Assembly (NCBI GenBank): GCA_003009755.1
Contig: PXUB01000010.1
Location: forward strand, 1 to 18,720
DNA: 18,720 nucleotides
Source: Thermoplasmatales archaeon SW_10_69_26
GTDB lineage: Archaea; Thermoplasmatota; SW-10-69-26
Direction of reading: 5' to 3'
The translations under genes were made by a program, and so were the position numbers. This document shows positions 15,322-18,720 of the stretch, one piece after another. The notes below the pieces were generated by a model that did no database searches, was not told the DNA's origin, and saw only the letters and a list, made by a program, of their open reading frames with translations. Numbering within the stretch: the stretch's first letter is position 1; each line of letters starts with the position of its first letter.

Positions 15322-16431
15322 ATGGACACCACGAAAAGACGGATCGGTCTCGGGCTCGCCCTGCTGGCCATCACCGGCGCCATCGTCGCCCTCGAGGCGC
15401 CCTGGCGCACCGGGAGCCAGGTCCCCGAGGAGCCCGACGACCTGCCCGAGCACCTCGAGGACGAACCCACCGCTGCCGGATTCGGCGGCGCCGTGACCTG
15501 GCTGAACACGAACGGCTCGATCGAGATCACCGAGCAACGCGGCGAGGTCGTGCTCGTCGACTTCTGGACCTATTCCTGCATCAACTGCATCAACACCTTC
15601 CCCCACCTGCGGGCCTGGCACGACGCCTACGCCGACGACGGGCTCGTCATCGTCGGCGTCCACACGCCGGAGTTCCGCTTCGAACGCGACGTGGACAACG
15701 TCCGCGGCGCGCTCGAGCGCTACAACCTGACATACCCCGTCGCCATCGACAACGACTACGAGATCTGGGACGCCTACAACAACCGCTACTGGCCGGCCAA
15801 GTACCTCGTCGACGAGCACGGCAAGATCCGCCACACGCACTTCGGCGAGGGCGCCTACGACGAGACCGAGGACCGCATCCGCACCCTGCTCGAGGAAGCC
15901 GGGCGCGCACCCGACAACGACCCGACCTACGTCAACAGCACCCGCGGCGGCGTGCGCTCCGGCCAGACGCCCGAGCTGTTCGCCAGCCACCTCGACGGCT
16001 CCAAGCAGCCCGCCATCGCCAACGAGGAAGGCTACGAGCCCGGCGAGACGATCACCTACGCCCCCGTCGAGGACCCCCAGGCCAACCGCATCTTCCTCGA
16101 GGGCACGTGGAACAACACCCACGAGTACGTGGAAGCCGCCGGGCCGAACGCCACAGTCAAGGTGAACTTCCAGGCCGGCGGCGCCAACTTCGTCGCCAAC
16201 GACCTCGACGGCACCTGCGCCCGCATCCACCTCGACGGCGCCCCGATCGAGGAGAGCCTCGCCGGCCCCGACGTCGTCTACCGCGGCGGGGAGCCCTGCA
16301 TCCCCCTCGACGACGACCGCGCCTACGACTTCTACTCCGGGCCCTTCGAGCGCCACCTGGTCACCCTGGAGGCGCCCGAGGGCTTCCAGCTGTACTCCTT
16401 CGCCTTCTCGGAGGAAGGGAGAACACGATAA
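15322..16431 (+). CDS. Membrane-anchored thioredoxin-like redoxin with DipZ-type C-terminal domain
   Basis: N-terminal TM, VVLVDFWTYSCINC, GVHTPEF.FE, AIDNDY.IW.AY.NRYWPAKYL, HFGEGAY, TPEL and terminal YSFAFS, as in the soluble part of DipZ. Confidence 0.9.
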   Translation: MDTTKRRIGLGLALLAITGAIVALEAPWRTGSQVPEEPDDLPEHLEDEPTAAGFGGAVTWLNTNGSIEITEQRGEVVLVDFWTYSCINCINTFPHLRAWHDAYADDGLVIVGVHTPEFRFERDVDNVRGALERYNLTYPVAIDNDYEIWDAYNNRYWPAKYLVDEHGKIRHTHFGEGAYDETEDRIRTLLEEAGRAPDNDPTYVNSTRGGVRSGQTPELFASHLDGSKQPAIANEEGYEPGETITYAPVEDPQANRIFLEGTWNNTHEYVEAAGPNATVKVNFQAGGANFVANDLDGTCARIHLDGAPIEESLAGPDVVYRGGEPCIPLDDDRAYDFYSGPFERHLVTLEAPEGFQLYSFAFSEEGRTR

Positions 16432-16432
16432 C

Positions 16433-16684
16433 ATGACACGCAACGACGACACGACGACGCGCCTGGCAACCGTGCTCCTGCTCGCCGTGGGCCTGCTGGC
16501 CCTCGGCGGCACCGTGCAAGCCCAGAGCAACGGATCGATGGAGGACAACGGCTCCATGGAGGACAACGGATCGATGGAGAACGAGGGCAGCATGAGCGAG
16601 GAGGAGGACGAGATGCCGACGCCCGGCGTCGGCCTGCTCGTCGCCGGCCTCGCCGGCGCCGCGCTCGTCCGCCACGATCGATGA
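16433..16684 (+). CDS. Small Met-repeat surface protein with signal peptide and PGF-CTERM-like anchor
   Basis: Signal peptide ending AQS, then NGSMED-NGSMED-NGSMEN-EGSMSE repeats, then TPGVG plus hydrophobic helix plus RHDR. Confidence 0.75.
   Translation: MTRNDDTTTRLATVLLLAVGLLALGGTVQAQSNGSMEDNGSMEDNGSMENEGSMSEEEDEMPTPGVGLLVAGLAGAALVRHDR
16529..16600 (+). repeat. Four 18-nt coding tandem repeats (hexapeptide xGSMxx)
   Basis: aacggatcgatggaggac / aacggctccatggaggac / aacggatcgatggagaac / gagggcagcatgagcgag. Confidence 0.85.
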
Positions 16685-16754
16685 GGGCACCGGGCCGCGG
16701 TCCCACCAAGGTCTAAGGACCGATCCCGCCTGCCTTGCTCCGAAGAGGCTAGGG

Positions 16755-17093
16755 ATGGGGAACCTCGAGAGCGTCCTCTGGTACCTTCTTGGTGGGACCA
16801 GAGGCGGGCCCTTGCGGGCCCGCATCCTCCGGCTCCTCCGCGAACGCCCCCTGAACCGCAACCAGCTCGCCAAGAGGCTCGACGTGGACTACAAAACCGT
16901 GCAACATCACCTCGAGGTCATGAACGAGAACAAGGTCGTCCACAGCAGCGGCGACGAGTACGGCGCCGTCTACCTTCCCACGCCCGCCATGCGGGACAGC
17001 TGGGATACCTTCGAGCAGATCGTCGACCAGCTCGACGACCTCGAGGACGACCCCCTCCCCGGAGACGACGACGCCCCAGGAGGTAGCGACTGA
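16755..17093 (+). CDS. ArsR-like winged helix-turn-helix transcriptional regulator
   Basis: LWYLLGGTRGGPLRARIL..L.ERP.N.NQLA..LDVDYKTVQHHL.V...N......GDEYGAVY, a widespread archaeal wHTH family. Confidence 0.9.
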   Translation: MGNLESVLWYLLGGTRGGPLRARILRLLRERPLNRNQLAKRLDVDYKTVQHHLEVMNENKVVHSSGDEYGAVYLPTPAMRDSWDTFEQIVDQLDDLEDDPLPGDDDAPGGSD

Positions 17094-17377
17094 TGGGCCT
17101 GATCATGTGGATCAACGTCGGCATCGCGATCGCCAACGCCCTCATGGCGCTCGCCCTCGGCAGCGTCTACGCCCGCAACCACCGCGAGATCGGGTCACCG
17201 CTGACGCTCGGCCTGCTCCTGTTCGCCGCCTTCTTCCTCCTCCACAACGGCCTCATCGCCTACCACTACCTGACGATGATGTCCAAGTTCATCGTCGTCA
17301 ACGAGGGCTGGCTGCTCGTGGAGAACCTGCTCCAGGCCGGCGGCCTCGGTGCCCTCCTCTACGCCACGATGCGGTGA
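17093..17377 (+). CDS. Small 3-TM membrane protein translationally coupled to the wHTH regulator
   Basis: TGATG overlap with the regulator stop; Y..NHR.I.SPLTLGLLLFA motif typical of partners of this regulator family. Confidence 0.8.
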   Translation: MGLIMWINVGIAIANALMALALGSVYARNHREIGSPLTLGLLLFAAFFLLHNGLIAYHYLTMMSKFIVVNEGWLLVENLLQAGGLGALLYATMR

Positions 17378-17796
17378 GGCCCGTGCCCGCGGGCACCTAC
17401 ACCCTCCTCGTCCGCGTGCCCGAGCCCCTCACCGTCACGTTCGGCGCCGCCGGCGACCGCGAGTTGGCCGCCGGCTGGGCCGCCTACAGCGGCTGTGCCT
17501 TCGGCCCCGGAGGCCTCGACCGCGTCGACCGTCACCACGAGATCGCCACCGGCGAGCGGGAGACCCGCCACTGGCACGTCGACCACCTGCTCGGCCAGGC
17601 GGCCACCCGGCTGGTCACCAGCTGGACCACGCCCGAGCGACGCATCGAATGCGAGGTCCATCGGGCCCTGCCCGGCCGCCAGGTCGACGTGGGCGCCAGC
17701 GACTGCACGTGCGGGGGCCACCTGCGCCACCACGAGGACCGCGGGGTGCTCGAGCAGGCGCTGGACGAGGTCCACGAGCTCGACCACCGAGCTTGA
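17374..17796 (+). CDS. DUF123 / GIY-YIG-family protein
   Basis: GTYTLLV, G..AYSGCAFGPGGL.RVDRH, RHWHVDHLL, EC and GASDCTC.GHL. Start is GTG 17374 (overlapping the upstream stop) or GTG 17383. Confidence 0.85.
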   Translation: MRPVPAGTYTLLVRVPEPLTVTFGAAGDRELAAGWAAYSGCAFGPGGLDRVDRHHEIATGERETRHWHVDHLLGQAATRLVTSWTTPERRIECEVHRALPGRQVDVGASDCTCGGHLRHHEDRGVLEQALDEVHELDHRA

Positions 17797-17827
17797 TAAG
17801 CCCCAGCCGCCTGCGCCGGCGAGCGCG

Positions 17828-18529
17828 ATGGTCGACCTGGCCCTCGTCACCGCCGCTCTCGCCGCCGGCGCGGCCACCTTCTTCAGCCCCTGCAGCGTGG
17901 CCCTCATCCCTGCCTACGCCGGCTTCTTCCTCGGCCTCGACGAGGACCGACCCCGCCCGACGCGCGAAGCCGCCCGCCGCGGCCTGGGGTTCGGGCTCGC
18001 GGCCGCCGCAGGCATCCTGACCCTGTTCGCCGCCGGCGGGCTCGGCCTCTACGCGCTGCGCTCGCTGCTCGACGTCGCCACGCCCCAGCTCGGCGAGGCG
18101 ATCTCGCTGCTCGGCCTGCTGGCCAGCGTCACCGTGTTCGCGCTTGGCACCGCCTACCTGCTCGACCGCGGCCCGCGAGCCACCTCGCCCGTGCGCGCCC
18201 CGCGGAAGCGCTCCCTGCCGGCGATGGCCGCCTTCGGCGTCGTGTTCGCTCTCGGCAGCGTCGGTTGCTCGCTGCCGGTGCTCTTCGGCGTGCTCGTCCA
18301 AGGCCTCGCCCAGGGGGCGCTGGGCACGCTCGTCACCGTGCTCGCCTACGGGCTCGGCCTCGCCGCCCTGATGGCCGTCGTCGGCCTGCTGCTCAGCCTC
18401 GCCCACGACGAGACCCGCCGCCGCATCGAGGCGATCCGCCCCTACGCCCGCCCCGCCAGCGGCCTCGTCCTCGTCGCTGCCGGCATCTACATGTTCGTCT
18501 ACTACGTCACGACCGGCCCGATCGGGTAG
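17828..18529 (+). CDS. Second CcdA/DsbD-type transmembrane electron-transfer protein
   Basis: AGAATFFSPCSVALIPAY and FALGSVGCSLPVL motifs; six TM helices. TATA-like CTTGATAAG ~28 nt upstream. Confidence 0.85.
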   Translation: MVDLALVTAALAAGAATFFSPCSVALIPAYAGFFLGLDEDRPRPTREAARRGLGFGLAAAAGILTLFAAGGLGLYALRSLLDVATPQLGEAISLLGLLASVTVFALGTAYLLDRGPRATSPVRAPRKRSLPAMAAFGVVFALGSVGCSLPVLFGVLVQGLAQGALGTLVTVLAYGLGLAALMAVVGLLLSLAHDETRRRIEAIRPYARPASGLVLVAAGIYMFVYYVTTGPIG

Positions 18530-18610
18530 GCTCCCTTCGCGGTTCAGGTGTCTCGTTTCATGCGGGTCGCCAAATCGCTTGATAACCACCCCTTTGGGAG
18601 TGGGGTGGTG

Positions 18611-18720
18611 GTGATTCGAGCGGTGTCGAAGACGAGCAAGCTGTCGACGGGTTGCGGGCTGTTGATCGCCTTGTTGATGATCGCTCCGGGCGGGGTTGCC
18701 CAAGCCAACGCTGTCGGGGA
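18611..18720 (+). CDS. N-terminus (signal peptide) of a secreted protein, 3' truncated by window edge
   Basis: MIRAVSKTSKLSTGCGLLIALLMIAPGGVAQANAVG, open to the window end. TATA-like CTTGATAAC at 18578-18586; in-frame GTGs also at 18605 and 18608. Confidence 0.55.
   Translation, partial: MIRAVSKTSKLSTGCGLLIALLMIAPGGVAQANAVG

Noticed and set aside
14560-16431. Fused or frameshifted full-length DipZ (623-aa ORF)
   Set aside because: The upstream extension is an Arg-rich shadow of ccdA. ccdA has a clean stop and the thioredoxin has its own ATG (15322) and membrane anchor.
14547-16600. CRISPR array from the short repeats at 14547-14576 or 16529-16600
   Set aside because: Repeats are too short, lack unique spacers (the latter are coding), and no cas genes are present.

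Overview
High-GC archaeal chromosomal window with a strongly acidic proteome. Archaeal rpl40e, priL, dacZ, DUF1614, DUF123 and a pair of DUF6015-like proteins, plus TATA-like boxes ~25 nt before many start codons, point to a halophilic archaeon, most likely Thermoplasmatota (inference). In order it holds: the 3' end of an IS1595-family element, a secreted membrane-anchored protein, a degenerate GIY-YIG-like protein, an EF-hand/transglutaminase-like membrane protein, dacZ, a DEAD-box helicase, queC and a DUF427 gene. Next come two tandem paralogous winged-helix proteins resembling the TFE-alpha N-domain, separated by a highly structured ~210-nt leader. Then follow DUF1614, a coiled-coil gene, an unannotated 40-aa CPxCG zinc finger, rpl40e (absent from the ORF track), a ~320-nt imperfect foldback element, a C39-like peptidase, a DUF302 pseudogene, a VOC gene followed by a synonymously recoded copy of its own 3' end, priL, a membrane protein and a Nudix CoA pyrophosphatase. 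The window ends with a thiol-redox cluster: CcdA, DipZ-type thioredoxin, a Met-repeat PGF-CTERM-like surface peptide, a wHTH regulator with a membrane partner, DUF123 and a second CcdA. The most interesting candidates are the TFE-like paralog pair with its structured leader (which shares a 5' hairpin motif with the rpl40e leader), the redox/Met-peptide module with a phased AGTTGGG operator, and the foldback element. Family assignments come from motif recognition by eye; no database searches were run.
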